The translations under genes were made by a program, and so were the position numbers. A DNA stretch of 64,000 nucleotides from Verrucomicrobiota bacterium (lineage in GTDB: Bacteria > Verrucomicrobiota > Verrucomicrobiia > Verrucomicrobiales > DEV007). Shown piece by piece: positions 29,901 to 39,197 of the stretch. The notes beneath the pieces were generated by a model, which had not been told where the DNA came from, did no database searches, and saw nothing but the letters and a program-made list of their open reading frames with translations. Location of the stretch: positions 1-64,000 of the forward strand of contig JASFYY010000037.1 in assembly GCA_045046875.1 (NCBI GenBank). Reading direction: 5' to 3'. Numbering within the stretch: the first letter of the stretch is position 1; each line of letters opens with the position of its first letter.

Positions 29901-30072
29901 GGTGATTGGCATCCGGGCCATGACAAGCAAAGCAGTTTTCCGAAAGAATAGGACGAATCTGACGATTAAAATCAATCTCTTCAGCCGTCAGTGATAGCGA
30001 AAAACAGCCCACCATGAAAGCTCCACTAACAACGATTAAAATCCTTTGAGTATAGCACCTGTTCATCTTCAT
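26911..30072 (-). CDS. Planctomycete-type cytochrome c + DUF1549 + LamG-like + DUF1553 protein
   Basis: FNRQIRPILSENCFACHGPD, LIRRVTFDLTGLPP, CGQCHDHKFDP, WHHVCITYDG, HPLTARVAVNRYW, PSHPELLDWLA; start uncertain (30066-30090). Confidence 0.9.
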   Translation of the reverse strand: MKMNRCYTQRILIVVSGAFMVGCFSLSLTAEEIDFNRQIRPILSENCFACHGPDANHREADLRLDTFEGATEEHEGVRAVDVKNPSASSLLARIETKDRDDLMPPLKSHKRLTAEDKVLLKHWIEGGAKWAEHWAFVPAKVSGGEHSIDTFVQYRLQVAKLKPSVEADRETLIRRVTFDLTGLPPTLEEVKAFVADKNSDAYARVVDRLLASKAYGERMTLAWMDMARYGDSSVMHADGPRSMWPWRDWVIKAYNDNKPFDQFTIEQLAGDLLPNASLDQKIATGFNRNHATSDEGGAISEELRVEYIVDRVQTTSNVWMGLTMECGQCHDHKFDPITQREYYQLFAYFNNNADPGMQSRRGNQAPVAAFFSPDQKVEKAKVEKDMLAANSKLSARRIEAIKGFALWHDKARSDGGATSAVEPKNLVMHFPLDETKGRQIKESVTGRKAKFTGKLASAKRGDDDAGLKLDAKNSAVFEKPGELKFNQGLSFAAWVKVPKKAASGAIFARMDVGNKHRGYDMWLQGNRIGSHLIHEWPKNAVKVVSAAPLKADEWHHVCITYDGSGKAKGMKIWVDGKAVKTKIESDGLTASITPTVPLKIGGRSNSNATTCEIDDLRIYQQVLTEAEVQSLGKNPVDAILALAPDKRKPEQQKKLEQYFLVNNDAAYKSLMTEKDKVVVALKKIEDAKLSSMIMADNDIKKKRQTYVLTRGAYASPDKKQPVEPGVPAVLPPLPADAPSNRLGLAQWLMQAEHPLTARVAVNRYWMMFFGTGLVKSVSDFGSQGELPSHPELLDWLATDFTANGWNVKRTIKQIVMSAAYRQSSQVTPEAMALDPQNRLLARGSRFRLQGEFIRDNALAVSGLLVGKVGGPSVKPYQPPGLWNEVALSANVKFVQDKGDKIYRRSMYTYWKRSAPQPAMMAFDAPTREKCVIQRQQTNTPMQALVTLNDPQFVEAGRALAERMMSEGGKDFRGRLDLGYRLLLGREVRSSEVVVLDSIFREQLKEFRAEPDKAKKLLEVGDSKRNESLDQAEHAAWTVLGNLMLNLDEVLIRG

Positions 30073-30241
30073 TATTTGAAACCGTTTCACCTTATATCGT
30101 TCAAAAAACGCATCCTCCCTTCTTCACTCCACAAAAAGACGAAATCTTACTAAAAAACACCCAACAACCGTCCAATTCGGCTGATAACAGCTCTAATGTA
30201 GTGAAAACCGGCGCCCTTCTTCATCAGACCCTCCCCCACCC

Positions 30242-31687
30242 ATGAAAACCATCCTGTCCCTACTGCTTACCACTTGCTGTATTTTCCCTACCACTATCGC
30301 CCGCGGCGAAAACCAACAAATCAACATCCTCTGGATCGTAGCCGATGACCTTGGCATAGAACTTTCCTGTTACGGCGAACAAGCGGCCTCCACCCCGAAC
30401 CTCGATCGACTCGCTGCCGAGGGCGTTCGATACACCCGGGCCTTTGCCACCGCTCCAGTCTGTTCCAGCTCGCGAACCGCGTTCATCACCGGAATATATC
30501 AGACCACACTCGGAGGGCACCACCACCGCACGCGAAATTTAAAAGCCTTGCCTACAGGAGTAAAACCTCTCGGCGAGTATTTCAAAAAAGCCGGCTACCA
30601 TGTGAGCAATGCCGGCACAAAACCAAAAAGTCGCGGCAAGACGGATTATAATTTCAGCAGCAAAGGTAAACTCTACCAAGCAACAGACTGGAGCACCCAA
30701 ACTCCTGAGCAGCCGTTTTTTGCCCAGGTTCAAATTCACGAACCCCACCGCCCCTTTCTAAAAAACACCCAACCCGAACGAGCCGCAAAAATCTCCCTGC
30801 CGCCCTATTACCCCGATCACCCCATCATTCGCGCCGACTGGGCCAACTACCTTGAATCCGTTGAAGAGATGGACCGGAAAGTGGGGACGATCCTCGATCG
30901 CCTGGAAAAATCAAGCTTCGCTGATAATACCGTCGTCTTCTTTTTTGGCGACCATGGACGCCCCCACTTCCGTGGCAAACAATGGCTCTACGAAGGAGGG
31001 CTGCACATCCCTCTCATCATCCGCTGGCCAGGAAAACTCAAAGCCGGAGAAGTCGATCAAGGCCTGCTTAGCATGATCGACTTCGCGCCATCCAGTCTCG
31101 CTGCCGCCGGACTGGACATCCCCGAAACCATGCAAGGCAGCAACATCTTCGCCCCTGACTTCAAAGGCCACACCGCCATCTACGCCGCACGGGATCGCTG
31201 TGGAGATGCGGTTGACCGAATCCGCTGCGTTCGTACCGAGCGTTTCAAATACATCCGCAACTTCATGCCGGAAATTCCCTACACCACATTCAGCGGATAC
31301 AAAAAACTCCAGTATCCAGCCACCACTCTGATGTCCCTCATGCACAGCCAATCACAGCTCACTCCCGAACAAGCCCTTTTCATGGCCGCCAAACGACCCG
31401 CAGAAGAACTCTACGACCTCGAAAACGACCCCTACGAACTCCACAACCTAAGCAGCGATCCCAGCCAATCAGAAACTCTGAAAAAACTACGCCGCCTGCT
31501 GGAGCAATGGATCAAAACCAGTAAAGACCTCGGCCGCTTCCCCGAAGGCGACCAAGCTTACCTGCAGAACCTACAAAAAAGCAAAAAAGCCTACTTCAAA
31601 AAAACCATGAAAAAGCGCGGCCTAAATCCCAACATCTCCGATCAAGCCTATCTGGCCTGGTGGAAAAAACAACTCAACTCAAAATAA
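30242..31687 (+). CDS. Cys-type S1 sulfatase
   Basis: Signal peptide, NILWIVADDL, CSSSRTAFITG, FGDHG, EELYDL. Confidence 0.92.
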   Translation: MKTILSLLLTTCCIFPTTIARGENQQINILWIVADDLGIELSCYGEQAASTPNLDRLAAEGVRYTRAFATAPVCSSSRTAFITGIYQTTLGGHHHRTRNLKALPTGVKPLGEYFKKAGYHVSNAGTKPKSRGKTDYNFSSKGKLYQATDWSTQTPEQPFFAQVQIHEPHRPFLKNTQPERAAKISLPPYYPDHPIIRADWANYLESVEEMDRKVGTILDRLEKSSFADNTVVFFFGDHGRPHFRGKQWLYEGGLHIPLIIRWPGKLKAGEVDQGLLSMIDFAPSSLAAAGLDIPETMQGSNIFAPDFKGHTAIYAARDRCGDAVDRIRCVRTERFKYIRNFMPEIPYTTFSGYKKLQYPATTLMSLMHSQSQLTPEQALFMAAKRPAEELYDLENDPYELHNLSSDPSQSETLKKLRRLLEQWIKTSKDLGRFPEGDQAYLQNLQKSKKAYFKKTMKKRGLNPNISDQAYLAWWKKQLNSK

Positions 31688-31869
31688 AGAAATGCGGACA
31701 TCCCTGTCCGCAAAACCCCACAACGCTGAACTAAAAAATCAGCTCTCCCATCCCTCTTATCAGTGCCCATCAGTGCAATCAGTGGTTCTCCCCCCCTCCC
31801 TCTTATTCGTATTTTACTGCCCATCCTGACTCGCCATAGCTTCGGCGACGACGGTTCGCTTACGCCCCC

Positions 31870-34326
31870 TCACTTCGACTGAAAAATCTCACTGCCCACC
31901 ACCAGCATCAACGCATCGCGCAAACGGTAATCATTCTCCTTCACCTCAGCCACCAATCGATCAATCTCAGGTCGGTCAGTCGCCTCGACCTTTCTCCCCG
32001 TTCCATAGACCAGTAGCTTCTCGATCAAAGTGCGGGCAAAACGATCCTTACGCTGCAATAAAACTTTTTTCATCCCGATGATATCCTCAAAAGCCTGCCC
32101 ATCGGAAAAAACACCCGTGGCATCCACCTTCCTGTTCCTGCCGTAACTTGTCCGCCATTTCCCAATCGGACCAAAATTCTCCAACGCAAAACCCGGCGGA
32201 TCGATCTTCTGATGACACTCATTGCAAACCGGCACATTGCGGTGTTTGGCCAACTGCTCGCGCACCGTTTTGGCTCCACGAATATCCGGATCAAGCGCTT
32301 CCACATCATCCGGCGGCGGCGATGGAGGGGTGCCAAATATATTCTCCAACACCCAAATCCCACGAGTCACCGGAGAAGTCTCGATCCCATTTGCCGTCAC
32401 CGTCAATACACTGGCCTGGCCCAGCAATCCCCCTCGTCGATTATCCGTCAGTGCCACTTTCTGAAAGTCATACCCCTTCATCGCCGGCAAGCCGTAGAAC
32501 TTTGCCAGAGTCTTATTGGCAAAGGTGAAGTCTGAATCGAGAAAGTTGATCAAACTCAGATTTTCTTCCATCAGGTAACGAACAAACAAACGTGTTTCCT
32601 CCAACATCAAAGGTTTGAGGTTTTTTTCATAATACACCGAAAAAATACGCCGGTCCGGAGGCATCCCTCCCAGGTCACGCAAAGCCAACCAGCTATCAGG
32701 GAAACCCTCGTAAAAACCCCGCGAGCGACCATCCTGCAACATTCGCAAAACCTCCGCCTGGAGAACCTCGGGCTTGCGAATACTGTGATCATCCGCAGCC
32801 GCCAACAACCGCCCGTCCGGCATCGATGACCATAGGAAATAAGCCAGCCGATTGACCAGCGCACGATCACTGAGTTTCGCCTTGCCCGGCTGCGCCGCCT
32901 TTTCATTCAAATACAAAAAACCCGGCGCGCACAGCACCGCTTTGAGACTGTCCTTCATCGCCTCGTAAGGACTGCGCCCACTGGCTCGACTGCGCGCAGC
33001 CACTTTCATCACCCGCTCAATCTCTTCCGCCGTCGCTTCACGTCGATAAGCCTTTTCAGCAAAAGCCGTCACGATCTCTTTGCTTCGTTCCGGGGAAAAA
33101 TCCTTATCCCCCAGAATCGCCTGACGACTCTTACTCGGCCACTCATCATAAAACGGCCCACGGATTTCGATTTCGTGAATGCGAATGTGCGGCAGTTGCC
33201 CATCCGTCATCGCCTTGACATAATGATTGCCGAATTTTTTATTATCCTTACCCTCCTTTTTCAACATCCTCAAACCCAGACTGCTCTGCAAACTACGCGC
33301 CCGCGCCGGCCCATTGATGTAAATAAATCGCGGAGCAAATCCCTGATCCAACCACACCGTTGAAGAATGCCACTTCGGCTTGCCATCGGGGATCTTGACC
33401 TCTGCCAACACTTCCTCAAAAGGCTGCGGATGATGCAGTTCACCAAAATCCCGATTACCCGGCACAATGCCCAACAACATCGGCTCGTCTTTATCGATAG
33501 ACACTTGCGACTCTTTCCACGGATGATGTTTGTTTTTCGCCTCAAGCAACAAATTCACCTCATAATATCCGCTCTCCGGCACTCCTTGCTGGAATTTTAA
33601 TATCGGCGCGTATTCGCCCCAATGTTTGTCCGAGTTGATCGTTTCATGTATAGCTAAAAATTTGGATCCATAAGCTTTGGCATGCGAGCGATTCAATTCC
33701 TGCTGTTGTTCAAAGGGGCCAGTGAAAGTCCAACTCTTCACCTCCGGTTTCTGTTCTGGAGAAAGCGCCCGCTCGATGACCTGATCCGCCGCCAACAAAT
33801 ACTGTTCGAGCAAATAACCTGAAGTCACCAGCGTGCTGCCGACATTGTCAAAATTCTCAGTGGTGAGATCACGCGGAAAGCGCTGGGTAGGATCAAACAT
33901 CTGCATGTTCAGCTGCAACAAATCGCGCACCGTATTGCGGTATTCGCGTCGGTTCAAACGGCGCAAAACCGTTTCGCCACCGGAGCTCTTATTCGTCTGA
34001 TGAAAGGCCTGGGTTTGCCCGCGCAAATATTTGATCAATGCCACCCGTTCCCCCTCCTCCGGATGAGCCTTGGCTTTTTTCGGCGGCATCTCCTTCAGCT
34101 CCAACTGATCAATCATGCCCTGAGCCACCTCCAGCATCGCCGCATCTTTGATCGGAAACTGAAGCTGGTCAAAACGCTGATCCCCCTTCTGTTTTTCCTG
34201 CCCATGACAAGACACACAATAAGTCTGCAAAGTCTGTTCAACGTCATCGGCACTATCTGCCGCTGAGCAAATACCCAAAGCCAACACCGAAACCACAAGC
34301 GATAAAAAATACCTGTAAAACATCAC
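31870..34326 (-). CDS. DUF1587/1592/1588/1585-type cytochrome c protein
   Basis: CVSCH and CNECH heme motifs; LRRLNRREYRNTVRDL, RLAYFLWSSMPD, RGGLLGQAS, TSPVTRGIW. Confidence 0.9.
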   Translation of the reverse strand: MMFYRYFLSLVVSVLALGICSAADSADDVEQTLQTYCVSCHGQEKQKGDQRFDQLQFPIKDAAMLEVAQGMIDQLELKEMPPKKAKAHPEEGERVALIKYLRGQTQAFHQTNKSSGGETVLRRLNRREYRNTVRDLLQLNMQMFDPTQRFPRDLTTENFDNVGSTLVTSGYLLEQYLLAADQVIERALSPEQKPEVKSWTFTGPFEQQQELNRSHAKAYGSKFLAIHETINSDKHWGEYAPILKFQQGVPESGYYEVNLLLEAKNKHHPWKESQVSIDKDEPMLLGIVPGNRDFGELHHPQPFEEVLAEVKIPDGKPKWHSSTVWLDQGFAPRFIYINGPARARSLQSSLGLRMLKKEGKDNKKFGNHYVKAMTDGQLPHIRIHEIEIRGPFYDEWPSKSRQAILGDKDFSPERSKEIVTAFAEKAYRREATAEEIERVMKVAARSRASGRSPYEAMKDSLKAVLCAPGFLYLNEKAAQPGKAKLSDRALVNRLAYFLWSSMPDGRLLAAADDHSIRKPEVLQAEVLRMLQDGRSRGFYEGFPDSWLALRDLGGMPPDRRIFSVYYEKNLKPLMLEETRLFVRYLMEENLSLINFLDSDFTFANKTLAKFYGLPAMKGYDFQKVALTDNRRGGLLGQASVLTVTANGIETSPVTRGIWVLENIFGTPPSPPPDDVEALDPDIRGAKTVREQLAKHRNVPVCNECHQKIDPPGFALENFGPIGKWRTSYGRNRKVDATGVFSDGQAFEDIIGMKKVLLQRKDRFARTLIEKLLVYGTGRKVEATDRPEIDRLVAEVKENDYRLRDALMLVVGSEIFQSK

Positions 34327-34336
34327 AACAAAAATT

Positions 34337-35635
34337 CTAGCTTCTACCTTCTAACCCCATCAGCGTCCCCGTGCTGTGACTGAAAAAATCCGTCTCCACG
34401 CCAAAACGCTGCAACATCGACAAATACAAATTCGACAGCGGAACCCGTCGCCGTTTCGAATACACCTTGTGCTCTCCATGCTTGAATCCCGCACCCGCCA
34501 ACAAAATCGGCAGATCCGTATTAGTATGCGCATTGCCATTACCCATGCCGCTGCCAAACATCACCATGGTGTGATCAAACAGCGTGCCCTCTTCATCATT
34601 GGCCGACACCACCTTGAGCTTGTCCATGAAACGTGACAGCTGCTTCATCTGGTATTGTTCGAGCACCAGCAAATCCTTGAGCCGCTCCGGTTTTTTGCCA
34701 TGATGGGACAAACCGTGATAACCCGTATTTACGCCAAGAAAAGCGGTATCAAAATCCTTACTCGCCACTTCAACCGTCGCAATACGGGTCGAGTTGGTCT
34801 GCAACGCGAGCACTGTCAGATCATACAAAGCCGGCAAATCCTGGACGATACGTTTGTATCCCGGTTCCTTATAATCCACCTTGGGCTTGGAAACACTCAA
34901 CCAGTTTTCATCCTGCTGCAGTTTTTTCTCCACATCCCGCACCGAAGTGAAATACTCGTCGAGTTTCTCCTTGTCACGCCCGTCGAGATGTTTCTGCAAC
35001 GACTTGGCCTCGCCATACACCGCATCGAGAATCGAAGCCTTCAACTTTACCTGCTCCGCCTCCTTCGCCCGTGCCTTGGGACTGCCATCAATGAAAAGTT
35101 TGCGGAACAATTCCTTCGGACTGGTGATCGGAGGAACCCGCGCACCGGAACGCGTCCAGGACATGCGACAGCCTCCATGCAATCCCGTATCCGAGCCAAT
35201 CGTCAAAGAAGGAAAACGTGAGCTCGACCCCACATGCTCCGCCGCCCGCTGATCAATCGTAATATTGCCCTCCGGCATCGACTTCGCCTGCTCGGTTTTC
35301 ACCCCACTGAGAAACGAATGCACCGCAAAGTGCCCGCCCTTGATGCCATGATCCAGATTAGAGAACACCGTGAAATCATCTTTATGCTGCTTGAGCGGCT
35401 GCAGCAAATGCGGCAGTTCAAAATCCCGCCCTTCCTGTTTTGGAAAAAACTCCCCTGGATACATGCCAAAAGAATTGCCCACACAAACCATCTTCATACC
35501 CTCATCCACAATGCCCTTCGCCTCCGCTGCCCCAAGGTAGTGATCCAGTGAAAGCATCGGAGGCAAAGCCAGACTGATGCCCGCCGCCTTGAGGAATTTC
35601 CGCCTGTCTACTGATCTGATTGCCGCATCACTCAT
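34337..35635 (-). CDS. DUF1552-family protein
   Basis: RRKFLKAAGISLALP leader, ITIDQ, KLDEYFTSVRDVE, YHGLSHH, GSGMGNGNAH; adjacent to the DUF1592-type gene as is usual. Confidence 0.9.
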   Translation of the reverse strand: MSDAAIRSVDRRKFLKAAGISLALPPMLSLDHYLGAAEAKGIVDEGMKMVCVGNSFGMYPGEFFPKQEGRDFELPHLLQPLKQHKDDFTVFSNLDHGIKGGHFAVHSFLSGVKTEQAKSMPEGNITIDQRAAEHVGSSSRFPSLTIGSDTGLHGGCRMSWTRSGARVPPITSPKELFRKLFIDGSPKARAKEAEQVKLKASILDAVYGEAKSLQKHLDGRDKEKLDEYFTSVRDVEKKLQQDENWLSVSKPKVDYKEPGYKRIVQDLPALYDLTVLALQTNSTRIATVEVASKDFDTAFLGVNTGYHGLSHHGKKPERLKDLLVLEQYQMKQLSRFMDKLKVVSANDEEGTLFDHTMVMFGSGMGNGNAHTNTDLPILLAGAGFKHGEHKVYSKRRRVPLSNLYLSMLQRFGVETDFFSHSTGTLMGLEGRS

Positions 35636-35737
35636 AGCCGAAACCTCGCCTACCGCCCCAAGCGATCAAGCCCTTTCCCCTCACACGATCACGTGACCCG
35701 AGGCCATCATCCCGCCCCGACAAAGCCTCTATTACAC

Positions 35738-36490
35738 TCATTTTTTCTTTAACACAAAAGTCGAAACAAAAGCCGTCTCTTTGCGCTCTTTCAACACTTC
35801 AAACCCCGCTGAATCAAATACCTCCAGCCACTCCGTTTTTGGATAAAAATGCAACGCTCCCAGGTTATAAACCATAAAATTTGGCAAATCCCGTAAATGC
35901 TCCGTCACACATAACCGCCCCTCGTCCCGCAAAATACGATGCAGTTCGGCAAAAAAGATCACCCGTTGATCATGATCGCGGATTTCATGCGCCGCCATAT
36001 GCAGGCAAAGCAAATCAGCCTGAGAATCCCCCATCGGCAATGCCTCCGTCTCAACCACCTGCGTCAACTCATGCGAAGGGTAAGCCGCCCTCGCTCGCTT
36101 GATCGAAATCTCCGTATGCTGCTGTGGATCATAAAAGTCCCAAACCTGAAGTTGCGCTTCGGGAAACTTCATCTCCAGAATCTCCGATACCTCGTCAAAT
36201 CCCGCCGACACATTCACCACCACCGCCTGATTGCCGGTTTTTAATTCGTCCAGCCACCGCAACTGATAAAGTGCCGAGCCATCATAAACATAATACGTCA
36301 CCGCCAGCGACAATCCTGTTGCCAACAAAATGCCAAAAACCACTAAGCCCATAAAACATTGCCCTAACGGAGTCAACAGTGGCAATACCGCCAAAAGCAA
36401 TATCACCGCTGCACCCGCCGCCGCATAAAAATGCCAGTTAAAGCGAATGACATTCCACAATCCCTGATACCTCGTCCTCACGGCCTCCAT
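35738..36490 (-). CDS. Membrane-anchored class I SAM-dependent methyltransferase
   Basis: Two N-terminal TM helices, NVSAGFDE motif-I variant, AAHEIR..FFAELHRIL..GRLCVTEH. Confidence 0.7.
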   Translation of the reverse strand: MEAVRTRYQGLWNVIRFNWHFYAAAGAAVILLLAVLPLLTPLGQCFMGLVVFGILLATGLSLAVTYYVYDGSALYQLRWLDELKTGNQAVVVNVSAGFDEVSEILEMKFPEAQLQVWDFYDPQQHTEISIKRARAAYPSHELTQVVETEALPMGDSQADLLCLHMAAHEIRDHDQRVIFFAELHRILRDEGRLCVTEHLRDLPNFMVYNLGALHFYPKTEWLEVFDSAGFEVLKERKETAFVSTFVLKKK

Positions 36491-37215
36491 GTTTCCACCC
36501 TCCCCTTTTCCCATTCGTAAGGCACATTCTCCACCAGAAAAGCGTTCGCCAGTTGGGTTTGATCAAATCCCTGTTTTTCCAAAAACGGAACCTTCCAGGT
36601 ATCAACCGACATCGCTTGTGGCTGCCACACAGATCTCTTCCCTTCCACTATTATTACCTGCTGTTTTTTTTCATCATAGGAAAAAGTAAACGGCATCGGC
36701 CCCGCAAATTGCCGAGCTTGTTTCCAACTAACAAAAGGCGAACCTTGCGGCAATGCCACATCCGATTCCACCTTTGATGCCAGCACCTCAAGCCCCTCGG
36801 ACGACACCACCCGCTCACTGCCATCGGCACCCGATTCCCAATCAATCGCCAGAGTCGAGTATTGATATTGGGTAAACAGACTGCCCAATCCCTGCATCAT
36901 TTTGCTATCCGTCTCGGATCCCAAAATGTAAAGCCCACGTAATAAACGTCCGTCGGCACTGCGGTAACGCACAAAAATCCGATAACCGATCAAGGTGAAA
37001 TTTCTGCCAAAAAACCGCGGCAGGCCTCTCGGCCGCAAACCCTCCGTCTTAACCATAGCCACCGCCACAAAAGCCCATTGATCCTCAAACAAATCCAGTT
37101 GCAGACACTTCGGAATCCGACCCAACAGCTCGGCTTTAGGTAGAGCAAATCCCAAAACCAAGGATTTTTCAAAACGAGCCTCAACCGCAAACGGGTGTTG
37201 ATTGAGAAAACCCAT
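36478..37215 (-). CDS. DUF2071 (YqjF-like) protein
   Basis: LQLDLF..AFVAVA..LRPRGLP..NFTLIGYRIFVRY..RGLYIL. Confidence 0.75.
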   Translation of the reverse strand: MGFLNQHPFAVEARFEKSLVLGFALPKAELLGRIPKCLQLDLFEDQWAFVAVAMVKTEGLRPRGLPRFFGRNFTLIGYRIFVRYRSADGRLLRGLYILGSETDSKMMQGLGSLFTQYQYSTLAIDWESGADGSERVVSSEGLEVLASKVESDVALPQGSPFVSWKQARQFAGPMPFTFSYDEKKQQVIIVEGKRSVWQPQAMSVDTWKVPFLEKQGFDQTQLANAFLVENVPYEWEKGRVETWRP

Positions 37216-37216
37216 C

Positions 37217-37633
37217 TTATTCAACCTCCAAAACCTTAGCCTCAAATTCAGCTGCCGTTTTTTTCTCCTTCAATCCCCATTCCGTCACCGCCACCATAGC
37301 GATGAACAAAGTCGCATACAGAGCATTCAGATGCCCCCATAGTAGCAAATCCGGTGACAAAAAAAACTCCAACACATTCATCGTCGCCACCAAAGTGATT
37401 TGCAGCACCGCGTTGCAACGCGAATAAATCCCACTCCACACCCAAAGCGCCAAAAACACCTCCCCCAAACCGATCATCACCGTGATCTGCCCCGCATAGC
37501 TCTCCCCCAAAATCTCCCCCACAATCTGTTCATGCCTAGGCACCCAGCTCAAGACCTTGCAAAACAACCCATTCACCAACCACACCAAGCCAATCAAAAA
37601 AACAAAAATAAAATATAGAATTCTCCGGCTCAC
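37217..37633 (-). CDS. DoxX-like membrane protein
   Basis: VWLVNGLFCKVL..PRHEQIV..IGLGEV..MNVLEF; four hydrophobic helices. Confidence 0.75.
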   Translation of the reverse strand: MSRRILYFIFVFLIGLVWLVNGLFCKVLSWVPRHEQIVGEILGESYAGQITVMIGLGEVFLALWVWSGIYSRCNAVLQITLVATMNVLEFFLSPDLLLWGHLNALYATLFIAMVAVTEWGLKEKKTAAEFEAKVLEVE

Positions 37634-37794
37634 ATTCAGAACTTATCCACCCCCACCCAAAGAACAAGCCTAGCCGCTTAGTTTATTGTAACGCCGCCGC
37701 CCCATCACCCCACATCCACAGCCACCTCTCCCAATCGTATTTATTCGTGTCCATTCGTGGTTCTCCGAATCTCCTCTCTAAAAAACACTTTACT

Positions 37795-37813
37795 TAGTGT
37801 TCTTTTTACACTA
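37795..37813. promoter_or_regulatory. NrtR-type operator upstream of pncB
   Basis: Palindrome TAGTGT-N7-ACACTA (GT-N7-AC core), 10 bp before the ATG; near-identical copy before nrtR. Confidence 0.8.
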
Positions 37814-37823
37814 TATACAAATC

Positions 37824-39197
37824 ATGACTTCAGCACTGCTCACCGATCTCTACCAGCTCACCATGGCTTACGGCTATTGGAAAAAACAAATGGCCGAAAC
37901 CGAAGCCGTTTTTCACCTCTTCTACCGCCGCAGCCCCTTCGGTGATCCCGCCTGCATCGTCGCCGGCACCACCCCTGCTATGGACTACCTCGCCCAACTC
38001 AGCTTCGAGGAAGCCGAACTCGACTATCTCGCCAGCTTGACCGGTGCCGACGGCCAGGCTCTTTTCGAAAACGACTTCCTCCACTACCTGCGCGACATGG
38101 AATGGAAGCTCGATGCCCACATCATCCCCGAAGGGCAGCTGGTCTTCCCTAATGAACCCATCATGCGAATCCAAGGACCACTGATCCAATGCCAGATCGT
38201 CGAAACAGCCCTGCTGAACATCGTCAACTTCCAAACCCTGATCGCCACCAAATCGGCACGCATCTGTGCCGCCGCCGCCGGTGATCCTGTTCTGGAATTC
38301 GGCCTGCGCCGTGCCCAAGGCCCTGACGGCGGACTCTCGGCCAGTCGCGCCGCATACATCGGTGGTTGCAGTGCTACCTCAAACGTCTTGGCGGGCATGC
38401 AATTTGGCATCCCGGTCAAAGGCACCCACGCCCACAGTTGGGTGATGAGCTTTGATGACGAACTCGAGGCCTTCGAAGCCTACGCCGAATCCATGCCCAA
38501 CAATGTCGTGCTGCTCGTTGATACCTACGATACACTCGACGGTGTTCGCAAAGCGATAGAGACGGGGGGGAAATTACGCGCAAAAGGCCATCAACTCCTG
38601 GGCATCCGTCTCGACTCTGGTGATCTGGTTGAACTCAGCAAAGGCGCACGAACCCTGCTCGACGCAGCAGGATTCCAAACCAGTAAAATCATCGCCAGCA
38701 ACGACCTCGACGAATACGCCATACGCGAGTTGAAAGCCCAGGGTGCCCGCATCGACACCTGGGGCATCGGCACCAAATTGGTAACCGCCTTCGATCAACC
38801 CGCTCTCGGTGGAGTTTATAAACTCGGCGCCATCCGTGATGAAAACGGCAAGTGGCAAGCGCGGGTGAAACTATCGAACGATCTGATCAAAGTCTCGAAT
38901 CCCGGCATCCTGCAAATCGCCCGCCGCAGCGATGACGATGGTCATATTCTCGAAGACATCATCTTCGACTCCGAACAAGGTCTCAGCAGCTCGGAAAAAA
39001 ACACCAGGAACTTACTCGTCCCCGCAATTCAGAAAGGCGCAAAAGTCCTTAAACAAGAAACCCTCGCTAGCGTGCGCGAACAAGCATTGCGCAATTGGCA
39101 GGCAATCAAAAAAGATCCACCCACACGCATCACTCTCGATCCTCGGGTCGAACAAACAAAACGTGATCTTCTCACTCAAAACGGATACACCCCATGA
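37824..39197 (+). CDS. pncB: Nicotinate phosphoribosyltransferase
   Basis: LLTDLYQLTM, EFGLRR, GTHAHSW, LVDTYD, IRLDSGD, GGVYKL. Confidence 0.93.
   Translation: MTSALLTDLYQLTMAYGYWKKQMAETEAVFHLFYRRSPFGDPACIVAGTTPAMDYLAQLSFEEAELDYLASLTGADGQALFENDFLHYLRDMEWKLDAHIIPEGQLVFPNEPIMRIQGPLIQCQIVETALLNIVNFQTLIATKSARICAAAAGDPVLEFGLRRAQGPDGGLSASRAAYIGGCSATSNVLAGMQFGIPVKGTHAHSWVMSFDDELEAFEAYAESMPNNVVLLVDTYDTLDGVRKAIETGGKLRAKGHQLLGIRLDSGDLVELSKGARTLLDAAGFQTSKIIASNDLDEYAIRELKAQGARIDTWGIGTKLVTAFDQPALGGVYKLGAIRDENGKWQARVKLSNDLIKVSNPGILQIARRSDDDGHILEDIIFDSEQGLSSSEKNTRNLLVPAIQKGAKVLKQETLASVREQALRNWQAIKKDPPTRITLDPRVEQTKRDLLTQNGYTP

Noticed and set aside
25308..35635. DUF1501/DUF1553 and DUF1552/DUF1592 pairs as a novel system
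   Set aside because: Functionally obscure but well-known, highly paralogous gene pairs in PVC genomes; nothing locally unusual
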